DNA from: Octopus bimaculoides
Taxonomy: Eukaryota
Reading direction: 5' to 3'
DNA: 57,077 nucleotides
Assembly (NCBI RefSeq): GCF_001194135.2
Contig: NC_068982.1
Coordinates: 141,673,527 to 141,730,603 of the forward strand
Below, in pieces: positions 25,861 to 37,849 of the stretch; positions within the stretch are counted from its first letter, which is position 1; each line of letters begins with the position of its first letter. A program made the translations under genes and the position numbers. A model generated the notes under the pieces. That model saw only the letters and a program-made list of their open reading frames with translations. It ran no database searches and was not told where the DNA came from.

Positions 25861-26417
25861 CTTTATCATGAAATAAATGGTGGCAGTCTGCTGCTGTCCC
25901 GTTTGTTTTCCTGGAACGGAGGACAGCAAGAAGAATTACTCTGAGCCATGAGTTACTCTAACGTGATTTTAATGACTTACGTCAGGTAAGAACTAGTTAT
26001 GTCTCATTTTGCGTTACTTGTTATACAAAATCGTGTATGCAGCCGTTATCAATGATGTGTTGAGTGTTATATAATATACACATTTATTTTGTTCCTTGAT
26101 CGTTAATAGAGTTGGATCAAAACTGAAGAATTGCAATACAGAGAATTTCAATATATTTCCTTTGCTGTCGAGTTTACTTTTGTCAAAATTCCTCGTACAT
26201 CGTCTTTATATTTTCGAAAGGTCTTTCCCTGTCTCGCATATAAATTCATTTCTGCTAATGTGCAACTTGCATCGTATTTAAGCAATTTCGACTATCAATT
26301 AACATCTCTGTGATTTTTCATGTGCCATTTGTAAGCTGCATTTTAAAATACAATTTTTCCACTGATTCGTTTGTGATTTCTTTCTTAGTTAACCGTTTTA
26401 ATATTAGTTTCGAATAA

Positions 26418-27285
26418 GGCGGTGAGCTGGCAGAATCGTTACTATGCAGGGCAAAATGCTTAGCAACATTTCGTCCGTCTTTACATTCTGAGTCCAAATT
26501 TCGCCGAGGTCGACTTTGCCTTTCATCCTTTCAGGCGAGACAAAAGGGTTTAAACTCCCGTTTCAGACCCGGGCAAAAATATGGGGAAAAATAGTGTAAT
26601 ATGTGAAGTAAACGAATATGAGGAAAAATGCGCGTTGGTGAACGGGGTGGTGGAAAAAGGTCACGGGAAATTCACATCAGGAATGTTCCGAGTCCTCGCA
26701 CATTATTTACACATATTACACATTTTCTTCTTCAATTTTTGTGAAGTGGGGGTACGTACTCCAAAATTTCATACGATCCAGTCACCCGACTTCGACACCC
26801 AGCCATCAAAAAAAAAAATGTAATAGTGTTTTAAACGATTATAAAAAACGAAATGCTTGCTGGCGAACAGGGGGTGAGGAGAAGACTCAGAAAATTAACA
26901 CGATCGAATTCGCAGGATCCGAAAACTCAACATTAACACCCGATCACAAAAATGGGGAGGAAATAGTGCAATAGGTTTAAAACAACATGTAGTAAACAAA
27001 TATGAAGAAAATAATTTGCGCCGACGAACGTGGAAGTGGTGAGAGGACTCCGAACATTCCCAATGTGAATTTTCTGATTCCTCGCCCCACCCACCCCACG
27101 CTTTCCCCAGCACGCATTATTTTCTTCATATTCATTTACTATGCATTGTTTTGCACATATTACATTATTGTTCTCCATATTTTTGCCCGAGTCTGAAACT
27201 GGAGTTTAACCGATAAAAGAATTACCAGTTGAACACTAGTGCTGATGGGATCGATTTTCTCACTTTTAACCTGTTGACCTCGTGC
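26418..27285 (+). mobile_element. OK-like SINE split into two halves (26418-26545 and 27212-27285) by a foldback element
   Basis: The left half ends cctttcaggcgagacaaaa and the right half resumes gataaaagaattaccagttgaacact, restoring the SINE consensus. Confidence 0.85.
26546..27211. mobile_element. Non-autonomous foldback/MITE-like DNA element with ~200-270 bp TIRs and ~7-8 bp TSD
   Basis: Ends gggtttaaactcccgtttcagacccgggcaaaaatatgg and ccatatttttgcccgagtctgaaactggagtttaacc are reverse complements; flanks gacaaaa / gataaaa. Confidence 0.85.
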
Positions 27286-27481
27286 CAAAATTTAAAACCA
27301 ATATTAGTTTCAAATGTTGGCACACGACCAGAACGCTTTGGGGAGGGGCTAGATTAATTACAGTGCTTAACTTGTACTTATTTTATCGACCACGAAAAGA
27401 TAAAAGGCAAAGTCAACTTCGGCATAATTTGAACTCATAACGTAAAGATCATCAAAATGCCGCTAGGCATTTTGCCAGCCT
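27286..27481 (-). mobile_element. OK-like SINE, tail-to-tail with the preceding copy
   Basis: Reverse complement ggctggcaaaatgcctagcggc...gagttcaaatt...ggtcgataaaataagtac...gtgccaacatttgaaaactaatatt. Confidence 0.75.
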
Positions 27482-28766
27482 TAACCATGTTTAATATTAA
27501 ATCTCAATTCATTAAAAAAAAATATATTTTACTACCAAACATTGATTTTTATAGGATTTCTATTCTATTCATAATAATGTTGATTTCTATTCTGTGTACA
27601 AAGACAAACTCTACTGTGGGTTACTGCAGACCATTAAATTGCTTCCAGTAATTGATGGTGTTAAAACTTATGGTTAAGAGTCAGAAGGAACATTGATTTC
27701 AAGGAGATTTGATATCAGAACACAAAGAGAAGAGGGTATTCACAACACGTTTATAAGTAACTATATTCTGGTAATCAAGTATATATTTCGTCACGGTTTG
27801 TTTAGTATTTTTCAGAGCCTGGATTTTCTACAACACTTGGTTTCTATTATCAGAATCTAGTAAATTAGAATCTATCCAGTAGTTGTGCAGAATTTGACAA
27901 TGCTGCATGCATGTATGATTCCAATGTTTTACATCCTAGTGTTTAAGAGATTCTCTTCTCACTAATACTATTTAGAATTTGAACGCGGTGTGAAAAGTGT
28001 GTGGAAGCAAATGAGATAAACAAAGTGCAATTGAAAGATCTAAACTTGTCACATAATGTAACACGGCAACTGTATTTCAGACTTAAACTGCAATTACTCA
28101 TGTCTACAATATGCTCTGTCATATCCACGTTATTTATCATGTTCATTAGTTTACTTTATAGAATAACTGGAGATTATACCGTCGATAGTAGTGAAGCGTC
28201 TATCTTTTTTTTTTTATTCATGTTCTTTATTATATATCTACGCGAGTCTGTTGTACCATTTTCCTTGATTACTTTGCTTTCTGAATCTTCTTTGTATACT
28301 GAAGTTATTTATTTTATTGATTCACAGCAAATTTTAACCAACTTTTCTTAAATTTTAATATTGTATTTGTGTTCTGAGACATTTTTCAAACGATTATGTG
28401 TCTAATAATTGGTTTTATTTTATTTATATACATATATATATTTACATTTCCCTTTTTTCTTTCCTTTTGTTGCTATTGTTCTGATGTACGTTTGTTTGTA
28501 TTTATGTTTGTTTGTCTTTTTTTGCATAACATGGAATTGCTTTTAAATGTATGATCGAAGTTCGTTTGGTTTATTGGGAAAAGTAAATGTCTCACACGTT
28601 GTTCTTACTTTAATGTTTTCTATGCTTACATGCTATACTCTCGTTCATTTAGAGTGGAATTTTTTTGTGGAGAATTCTTGATTCACTTTTGGAACTTGGT
28701 ATTAATCATCAAATTTCTCTTTACATTTCAAACAGCAAAATCAACATTGTTCCATATTCACCATTG

Positions 28767-28807
<41 letters not shown>

Positions 28808-29278
28808 NNNNNNNNNNNNNNNNNNNNNNNNNNNNNNNNNNNNNNNNNNNNNNNNNNNNNNNNNNNNNNNNNNNNNNNNNNNNNNNNNNNNNNNNNNNNN
28901 NNNNNNNNNNNNNNNNNNNNNNNNNNNNNNNNNNNNNNNNNNNNNNNNNNNNNNNNNNNNNNNNNNNNNNNNNNNNNNNNNNNNNNNNNNNNNNNNNNNN
29001 NNNNNNNNNNNNNNNNNNNNNNNNNNNNNNNNNNNNNNNNNNNNNNNNNNNNNNNNNNNNNNNNNNNNNNNNNNNNNNNNNNNNNNNNNNNNNNNNNNNN
29101 NNNNNNNNNNNNNNNNNNNNNNNNNNNNNNNNNNNNNNNNNNNNNNNNNNNNNNNNNNNNNNNNNNNNNNGGAAAAAATCCATCATTTATTCCCGAAAAA
29201 TATATTTGTATTTATATAAGGGCATTACTATATAATAATATCGTAATGCCCTTATATAAATATATATATATATATATA

Positions 29279-29631
29279 TTTCAGTCATTTGACTTTAGTC
29301 GAAGAAATCGACCCCAGGACTTATTCTTTCTAAGCCTAGTACTTAGCCTATTGGTCTCTTTTGACGAACTGCTAAGTTATGGGGACGTAAACACACTAGG
29401 ATCGGTTGTCAAGCGATGTTGAGGGACAAACACAGACACACAAACATACACGCATACATACATATATACGACGGGCTTCTTTCAGTTTCCGTCTACTAAA
29501 TCCACTCACATGGCTTTGCTCGGCCCGAGGCTATGGTACACGACACTTGCTCAAGGTGCCACGCAGTGGGACTGAACCCAGAACCATGTGGTTGGTAAGC
29601 AAGCTACTTATCAGACAGCCACTCCTGCGCC
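29279..29631 (-). mobile_element. Near full-length OR-like SINE
   Basis: Reverse complement begins ggcgcaggagtggctgtctgataagtagcttgcttaccaaccacatgg and is collinear with 20869-21295 apart from a deletion near the 3' end. Confidence 0.9.
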
Positions 29632-30098
29632 TGTAAGTGCTTGCTTTTAGCACCAACATCAAGTCACGGTGCATCTTTGACACAAACTGGTGGAAACTTT
29701 TATCAGACATCTTTTGTTCTGTCAGAGTAATACATGGACGAATATATACACGTGACTTGTCAACCACGTTATTCGTAAATTTTGACATTTTGCTCCTGTA
29801 AACATAACATATTTTTCTTTCTAGCAGAAGATGTTATTTATTTATTTATTTATATTTTTGTGTACAGGATATCCGTTCTAAGAATTAGATAATACTCTGG
29901 GCGAGTTATTATTATAATTATCTACAACTTTACGGATTAAGTATGCAAATCTTTGTTAGTGGCAAAACAAAACATCCTGATGTTTTGCTTTTTTCTTAAC
30001 ATTCATCTTATGTGGATTTACTTGTATGTATGTTTTAACAATATAGTTTTTTCTTTGCCTCGCGAACACTTTGAGTTATCTTTTTATAAATAAACTGT

Positions 30099-30100
<2 letters not shown>

Positions 30101-30159
<59 letters not shown>

Positions 30160-30286
30160 CATTTTTGCTGATGCTATTATATTTTTTATCATTTTATTAT
30201 TATTTTTATCATGTTATTATTTATCATTATTTTCATCATTATTATTATTTTTATTATTATTGTTTGTTGGTGTTGTTATTGTTATT
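30101..30286. repeat. (TTA)n microsatellite with degenerate extension
   Basis: Read directly from the sequence. Confidence 0.95.
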
Positions 30287-30420
30287 AAGGCATTGCTTTA
30301 TGTTATGTGTTCAAATTCTGCCTTTCACCTTCTCGGGGGTCGATAACATAAGTACTAATGAAGCACTGGTGTCGATGTAATCGACTAAACACCTTCCCCA
30401 AAATATCAGAAAGGAATATT
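30287..30420 (+). mobile_element. Internally deleted OK-like SINE
   Basis: aaggc...ttcaaattctgcctttcacc...ggggtcgataacataagtac...gtcgatgtaatcgact. Confidence 0.55.
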
Positions 30421-30425
30421 ATAAA

Positions 30426-30640
30426 GGCTGTGAGCTGTCAGGACGGTTAGCACGACGGGAAAATACTTAGCCGTATTTCGTTCGGCTTTACGTTGTCAGT
30501 TCAAATTCCGCCAAGATCGAATTCGCATTTCATCCTTTCTGGTTCGATGAAATAATTACCAGTAGAACGCGAGGATTGACGAAATCGACAAATCCCTCTC
30601 GTAGAGATTTTCAGGCTTATGTCGATACTATAAAGGTTTA
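30426..30640 (+). mobile_element. OK-like SINE ending in an (ATT)n tail
   Basis: ggctgtgagctgtcagg...cagttcaaattccgcc...ttatgtcgatactataaaggtttataattattat. Confidence 0.75.
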
Positions 30641-32348
30641 TAATTATTATTTCATATCCACACAAGAGGTTAGACTGTAGGGAAAAATATCCTAACATCG
30701 GGCTACATCAAGTAACCTTAGATGCCACGAAGCATCCTAAGTATCTTATCTGTTGCTAGTAATATTGTTTTCTGGTGCTGTACTAAAGTAGGTTTTATGC
30801 CTATTTTCTCTATCCATCTCTTCAATTCTTTAGGAATAATTACTAATGCACCTATAACTACACGGATACATTTTACTTGCATGCACTTCCCATTGTCTCT
30901 CTAACTCAATAGCTGGGCCCTGATACTTTTCTATTTTCTCTATTCCTCTCAAAATGACTGTTCCATTATTTGGGACTGTAAAGTCAATTATCTAGCACTT
31001 TCTATTTTCTGTATCTACTACTACTACTAAATGAGGCCTTCTAGCACTTATTCCGTAAGTCTGAATATTAAAGTCCCACATAATCTTATATTCATTACTT
31101 GCTAGCGCTTTACTAGATTCCTGTTTCTATCATTTTTTAGTATGGTCAAAACATAGTTTTCTACAGAATCCCAGTGGATAATGTTTTCTAGGTTGCCATG
31201 TCTTTTCTTGTATTCTTTCTGTGCCAGCGTGCTATTTTCACTTCCTATATGACTAACACTTTCGTCGTTTGATTTACACAACCTACATTGGGAATCTATT
31301 TGGTTTTGTCTACCTTTTATCCAATTAGTCTTCAATTCTTTTTTCTTATGCTGCTACTAACAAATTTTTTGTCACTCTTTTAGCCTTCCTCTCACTATCA
31401 CTATATTCTGAACCTATCTTTGAGAATCCACCATGTAAAGCCTACTCTACCCAGTCAGATAATCTTCCTTCTTTTTTTCCTAGCTCTTAACTTATTTTGT
31501 TTTTTTGCAAAGACTATGCCCTACTGTTATTTTAGAAACTCTTATACTTCCTTCACTATCATCTACTTAGGAAGCTTTGTCTTCTCTAGCTAACTCCACG
31601 AATTATTCTGCTGATATTAATGTTCATCCGCCTCCCTTTCTTGGTAAGTATAATCTTGCTACTCATGTTCGTGAGTGAATTTATCCATCGTTTTGCATTC
31701 ATTTCTAGTTCCTCAGTCTAAATTTGTTAGTTCAGATTTTGTTCAATCTACAAAAGCTGCTGCGTATCTAAGTAATGATACTGCTCAAGCATTTACAGCC
31801 TTCACCATATTCGGACCATTTAGCTTTGACTTCATTCACTTCCTCACACTTGTAATGTACTCTTTCTCAATTTTCGTTTTCATTTCTATAAGTAGTACTC
31901 TGTCCGATTCCCATACTCCTAGATACTTACAACTCTCACCTTCTTTCAGTGATCTCAATGTCTACCCATATGGTAATTGGTTGCCTTCATTACTGAATAC
32001 ATGTCCCCTTTTCATAACTAATATTTTGCTCTCCTCTATGCCAAACTCCATGTCTATATCTTTTCTGAATAATCTCATAGTTTGTATTAAGGAATCTATT
32101 ACTTTTTCATTCTTACTATAAAGTTTAATATCATCCATATTGATCAAATGGATTATATTTCCTTTCTTATCTCTAAATTGATACCCTGGTTTTGCCTTTC
32201 TTAAAACTAAACTGCAACGGATTAAGCATAATAGAAATATTAAAAGAGATAACGGGTCTCCTTGGAAAATTCATGAATTGATATTAACTTTCGCTATGAC
32301 TTTGTCACCTGAGTGGATATCTACTTACCATTTCTTCATGGTATGGCT
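30641..32348 (-). mobile_element. 5'-truncated R4/Dong-clade LINE (RT C-terminal half, CCHC knuckle, RLE endonuclease, 3' UTR), decayed
   Basis: Minus strand: IFQGDPLS, HLINMDDIKLY, MEFG, CRLCKSNDESVSHI, YKIMWDFNIQT, RRPHLVVVD (PD mutated to PH), IIDFTVP, KIEKYQ, QKTILLATDKILRMLRGI* (stop 30718-30720), then a short UTR ending tgaaataataat. Confidence 0.92.
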
Positions 32349-32365
32349 AATTATTATTATTATTA

Positions 32366-32406
<41 letters not shown>
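32349..32406. repeat. (TTA)n microsatellite abutting the LINE 5' junction
   Basis: Read directly from the sequence. Confidence 0.95.
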
Positions 32407-32408
<2 letters not shown>

Positions 32409-32590
32409 GGCAACGCTCTAACAGAATCGTTGGCACACCAGTCGAAATGCTTAGCGGTATTTCGTCTGCTACTACGTTCTGAGTTCAAATTCCGCCGAGG
32501 TCGACTTTGCCTTTCGTCATTTCGGAGTCGATGAAAAAGAAAATACCATTGACACAGAGGGTTCCATGTAATCGACTAATTCCGTCTATC
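32409..32590 (+). mobile_element. OK-like SINE (3' end diverged)
   Basis: gaaatgcttagcggtatttcgtctgctactacgttctgagttcaaattccgccgaggtcgactttgcc. Confidence 0.85.
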
Positions 32591-34105
32591 AATGAGCCGT
32601 GTGCTGAACACAGTGTCGTCGTAAAAAAAATTGCTAGTTTTNNNNNNNNNNNNNNNNNNNNNNNNNNNNNNNNNNNNNNNNNNNNNNNNNNNNNNNNNNN
32701 NNNNNNNNNNNNNNNNNNNNNNNNNNNNNNNNNNNNNNNNNNNNNNNNNNNNNNNNNNNNNNNNNNNNNNNNNNNNNNNNNNNNNNNNNNNNNNNNNNNN
32801 NNNNNNNNNNNNNNNNNNNNNNNNNNNNNNNNNNNNNNNNNNNNNNNNNNNNNNNNNNNNNNNNNNNNNNNNNNNNNNNNNNNNNNNNNNNNNNNNNNNN
32901 NNNNNNNNNNNNNNNNNNNNNNNNNNNNNNNNNNNNNNNNNNNNNNNNNNNNNNNNNNNNNNNNNNNNNNNNNNNNNNNNNNNNNNNNNNNNNNNNNNNN
33001 NNNNNNNNNNNNNNNNNNNNNNNNNNNNNNNNNNNNNNNNNNNNNNNNNNNNNNNNNNNNNNNNNNNNNNNNNNNNNNNNNNNNNNNNNNNNNNNNNNNN
33101 NNNNNNNNNNNNNNNNNNNNNNNNNNNNNNNNNNNNNNNNNNNNNNNNNNNNNNNNNNNNNNNNNNNNNNNNNNNNNNNNNNNNNNNNNNNNNNNNNNNN
33201 NNNNNNNNNNNNNNNNNNNNNNNNNNNNNNNNNNNNNNNNNNNNNNNNNNNNNNNNNNNNNNNNNNNNNNNNNNNNNNNNNNNNNNNNNNNNNNNNNNNN
33301 NNNNNNTATATATATATATATTTATATATGGAGAGAGAGAGACAGAGATACATACATACGTAAATACAGTCAATACATAGATATGTACACAGGCACCACC
33401 TACACGTGTGTGTGTGCATTCGTTTGCCTATCTACATGTGTATATATTTTTGTCAGTTCATCTTTATCCTTGATGTTTTATATAAGTAGATTGAATCGTG
33501 TTTCGTCTCTTATTTTTTTTTTTTACACATTTTCCCCAAAGCGTATTAATATTTATTACATGTGGAATTGTTAATGCCGGTGTGTATAAATTTCAAGGCT
33601 TTATATTATTCGTTTCATATTTAAAATTAATAATACTTAATGTCCGTCCCCCTCTAACTTACAGAAGATCGTTGAAATGATTCTATAAATTTTAAATTCG
33701 ATTTTGTGAAAGAAAATTATGTTCGTAAACGAATGTCTGTTTGCAAAAGCTTTACAACTGCGAATGTTTTCTTTTATTGGTTAACTGAAGCGAATAAGCC
33801 ATGTATGCAGGTACATCCATTAAATGCAAATTTGCATGAAAGCTCCAAATTCTGTCGCGTTTTTAAAACGATTGAGACTTTACCTTTTAAATTTCATCTC
33901 TTATCTTTTACCTGCTTCAGTCATTAGATTGTGGTCATGTTGGGGTATGAAAAAATAAATCTAGTACCGATTATTTTATAGCTTAGTACTGATTCTTTCT
34001 GTCCATTTTGTTGAACTACAGCGCTAGTGTAAGTCTGGTATATGCAAACTAACACTTTGTCAAAAGATAGATGTGCTGAAAACACCAACACAGTACACAT
34101 TGATA

Positions 34106-35339
34106 TTAGGCTCTTCCGGAAATAATGGCCGATTTCATATCCAAATTTATTCTGGAAAAATTAACAATAGAAATGTTTTGATTAATCAAAGTATGAGGCG
34201 TGAACTTCTATGCATCTCTGCCATCAATCAACAAGATTATTTATGCCTTGTTGATAAAACCTTATGGGCTTTAATGCTAACAAATCTTTGAAAGCTGATT
34301 CCACCTCTGGTTTTGACTTGAAAGTTCTATCACTTAGAAAACGTGTTTCAATGCTTTAAAAAATGTAGTTAGTGGGTGAAAGATCAGGAGAATATGGAGG
34401 AAGTGGTAAAGTGTCGTATCCCAAGTCTGTGAGTTTCTGCAGCGTCATTCTTACAATATGTAGCTTTTCATTATCGTCGAGCAGAATTGGGCCATGCCGA
34501 TTTATCACTGCGAGTCTCATTTTTTGCAAGTGAACATGCATTTCACCGAGTTCATTGCAGGAAACCTCGGCATTAATCTTCTAGTCTGGCTTCCAGAAAT
34601 CTGTTATAGACAATACCAATATTGCAGACCACAAGATAGTCCCATAATCTTTTGCTGATGCACCTTTGGCTTTGGGAAATGTTTGGGGGACTGACCACGA
34701 TCATTTTTCGTCACAAGTGACTTATCGGTCAAGAAATGGATCATTGGTGTTTGGCAGAAAAAGCAACAAACACACTTCAAAACACCGAACTTTTTTATTT
34801 TCATTAAGATCATGTGGTACTCATTTATCAAACTTTTTTGCCTTAGTAATCTTCTGCAGAATGCGTGAGACAGTTGCCATACCGACACCAAATGCCTGAG
34901 ACATTTCTCTGACTTATTGACGTGGGTTTTGTTCAACAATTACTTTCAATTGTTCAATGTCAAGACTGCATGACCGTCCTCTATCTTCATCTTCAAGGCT
35001 CTCATCACCACTACGGAATTTCTGAATCAACATTCATACTGTGCGATCATTTGTGGACCCCTCTACCTATGCTCTGTTGATATTGGTAGCAGTTTGAGAG
35101 GCATTATGCCCAAGCTTGAATTCATACAAGAAAGGTAAGCGATGGTCCTTTTTTATCATGTCCATACTTAATTTGCTTCAAGAATGTTTTCTGTCTGAAA
35201 TAAGTAGAAACTTATTAAATAGCATACATCAATTATTGCGTATGTCGACATCCACCTAAAATATAATTAAAATTACTATGATGAAATTGCGTTTCAAAAC
35301 ACAACACATAGAGCGGCCATTATTTTTGGAATAGCCTAA
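34106..35339 (-). mobile_element. Full-length decayed mariner (cecropia/Hsmar1-like), 1234 bp, 26-bp TIRs, TA TSD
   Basis: TIRs ttaggctcttccggaaataatggccg (34106) and the reverse complement of 35314-35339 match at 23/26, with TA on both sides. Transposase from ATG 35165: YEFKLGHNA, FRSGDESLEDE, K*VPHDL (WVPHEL), DDNEKLH (HDNARPH), PPYSPDLSPT. Several stops. Confidence 0.95.
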
Positions 35340-35964
35340 TACAAAGATACATTTATATATGTATTTACTACTACGAGCCATACACTTGAATTCTTGATAC
35401 TATGAATTTCTAGAGCTCCATAGTGTTTTCTTGTATCTAAAAGATTTGATGAATCACCTGTTCTATTAACTGGCAGTAATCCGCTCCCTGGTTTGGTTGA
35501 CCCTAGAGTAATCGTTGGCGGAAGTGGCTCTTCCGTTCAGATTTTATCCTGTAGTTACGCTGAATAAAGATCATACGTCAAATAAATATCAACACACCCG
35601 GCTTTACATCTACCATGCTGCTCTGCATGATTTCAGCATGACACTGGCCCGGGGATGTTTCGTCACTAAGGTTAACTCCTTTTCATGAACACTATTGGAT
35701 CGTTGTTGACTCTTATGAGTTCCTTCACCCCTAGACGAGTTTTATTTTTCATCCTGCGCCCTGTCCAAATCACCTTCCTTACTGACCACGCATGGCGGAG
35801 CTGCCGATTCAGTCGCGGACGACAGATTGTACTGGGTTACACATTACCAGTAGCAGTCGAGAGTGAGCTGACATTTATACACACATACACACACAAACAC
35901 ACCTACACACAAACACACACAAACACACACACACACATACAAATGCATATATATATATATATGT

Positions 35965-36019
<55 letters not shown>

Positions 36020-36021
<2 letters not shown>

Positions 36022-37180
36022 TCAGATTTAGATTCAAGATTGAATATGGTACTTATGTTTAGGCACCAGAACATAGTATGGTATGGTATTATACAAAAAC
36101 CATTCCAAAAAACCAGGTGATCAAAAAATCAAAATAAGTATTTCCGAGAGGATTACTAAATTATCTTCCAACATTGATATATTTAATTCTAATTCAAACT
36201 ACTATAATGTGGCTTTGTCTAAAGCTGGATATGCCCCCAACATTTCTTTCCTTAGTCCTGGTAGGACATCTCTCCTTGAAGCAGATAATAATAATGATAG
36301 TAATGATAATAATAATAATAATAGCAACAATAATAATGATAATAATAATAATGATAATCATAGATGTTATAACAAACCTAATTACTTAAGTAGTAGTAAT
36401 AATGGACGAAATAAAAAGCAACCCTTTATGCCTAAACATTTAGCTAATAAGAAAAGTAATAAAGTACTTTTTAATAGTAAACTACATGCTAACACTAGTA
36501 ATAAACCAATGTTAGTAGACAGTAATAGTGAAATCAATGATATAAATAAAAAAGTATCCTGCATCTAAAAGAACTACCAACCTTAATAATAATATTGCTC
36601 TGAGAAGTAATAGTAATCAAAGTATACCCCATACTCACCCACACAATAAATTTAAGAGAAAAAATAAAAACTCTATCTGGTTAAATGTCCCCTTCAACTG
36701 TGCAATATCCACAAATATTTACAAAAAAAATTATGAATATTTTACAAAAAAATGTCCCTTTTCCCACAGATATAGTAGAATTTTCTCTCGTCATACAGTC
36801 AGAGTTTCTTACTCTACTCTTCCTAATGTAGGTTCAATCATAGCTAGGTTAAACAAAAAGAACATCAGGTCAGCTAGGATAAATGAAGTTAAAAATAGTG
36901 GATATGGTTATATGAATACAAATAATAATCTAGCAATACCAATAATGATACTACCAGTGAAAATAACAATGACAATAGAAATTATGAGGATAATAACAAT
37001 ATGCTTAGTCCTACCAACCATAATTTTAACCAGCAAATAGAATGCAGCAGTAATGATGTTCTGGTTCTAACAGAAGTTGATGATGGGCTCAACTCCAATG
37101 AAAATAATAGGAATCAGGGACCTAGAATAATTCTAACTGATAGCACATCAAGAAACGAGTTAGGTAATGATGGAAATGAT
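36020..37180 (+). mobile_element. Penelope-like element RT thumb/linker remnant with Asn-rich inserts
   Basis: ISERITKLSSNIDIFN...YYNVALSKAGY (36083 frame), then after a frameshift KRKNKNSIWLNVPFN...RIFSRHTVRVSYSTLPNVGSII (36651-36842); both match PLE C-terminal RT motifs. It runs into the gap at 37181. Confidence 0.75.
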
Positions 37181-37849
37181 NNNNNNNNNNNNNNNNNNNN
37201 NNNNNNNNNNNNNNNNNNNNNNNNNNNNNNNNNNNNNNNNNNNNNNNNNNNNNNNNNNNNNNNNNNNNNNNNNNNNNNNNNNNNNNNNNNNNNNNNNNNN
37301 NNNNNNNNNNNNNNNNNNNNNNNNNNNNNNNNNNNNNNNNNNNNNNNNNNNNNNNNNNNNNNNNNNNNNNNNNNNNNNNNNNNNNNNNNNNNNNNNNNNN
37401 NNNNNNNNNNNNNNNNNNNNNNNNNNNNNNNNNNNNNNNNNNNNNNNNNNNNNNNNNNNNNNNNNNNNNNNNNNNNNNNNNNNNNNNNNNNNNNNNNNNN
37501 NNNNNNNNNNNNNNNNNNNNNNNNNNNNNNNAATTTAAAAAAAAAAAGTTTTTATAAAGTAGTTAAAATTATCAAATTATAGTAATTTAACTTCCACCAT
37601 GGTCATCTAGGGCTATTAATTAGCACATATTTTAAATTGGAAATTGAACCTTTATAACTTATATTCCTGATCTCTCACCTTTACATTTAATCTACTTGTG
37701 ATAAATAAGATTTAAAATCTACTCCATAGAACATATTCTTTCACACCACTTCTGCTATTACTGTTAGTTTCTCAATATGTATCTTAACCCTATATAGCTT
37801 ATAAGAATAGAAAATGTTCATAAGTTTTTATGTTATTTAATGCTTGACT

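Noticed and set aside
28001-28351. 116 aa hydrophobic ORF as a membrane-protein exon
   Set aside because: The hydrophobicity follows from a T-rich strand, which is typical of the antisense of an A-rich decayed LINE; no family motif.
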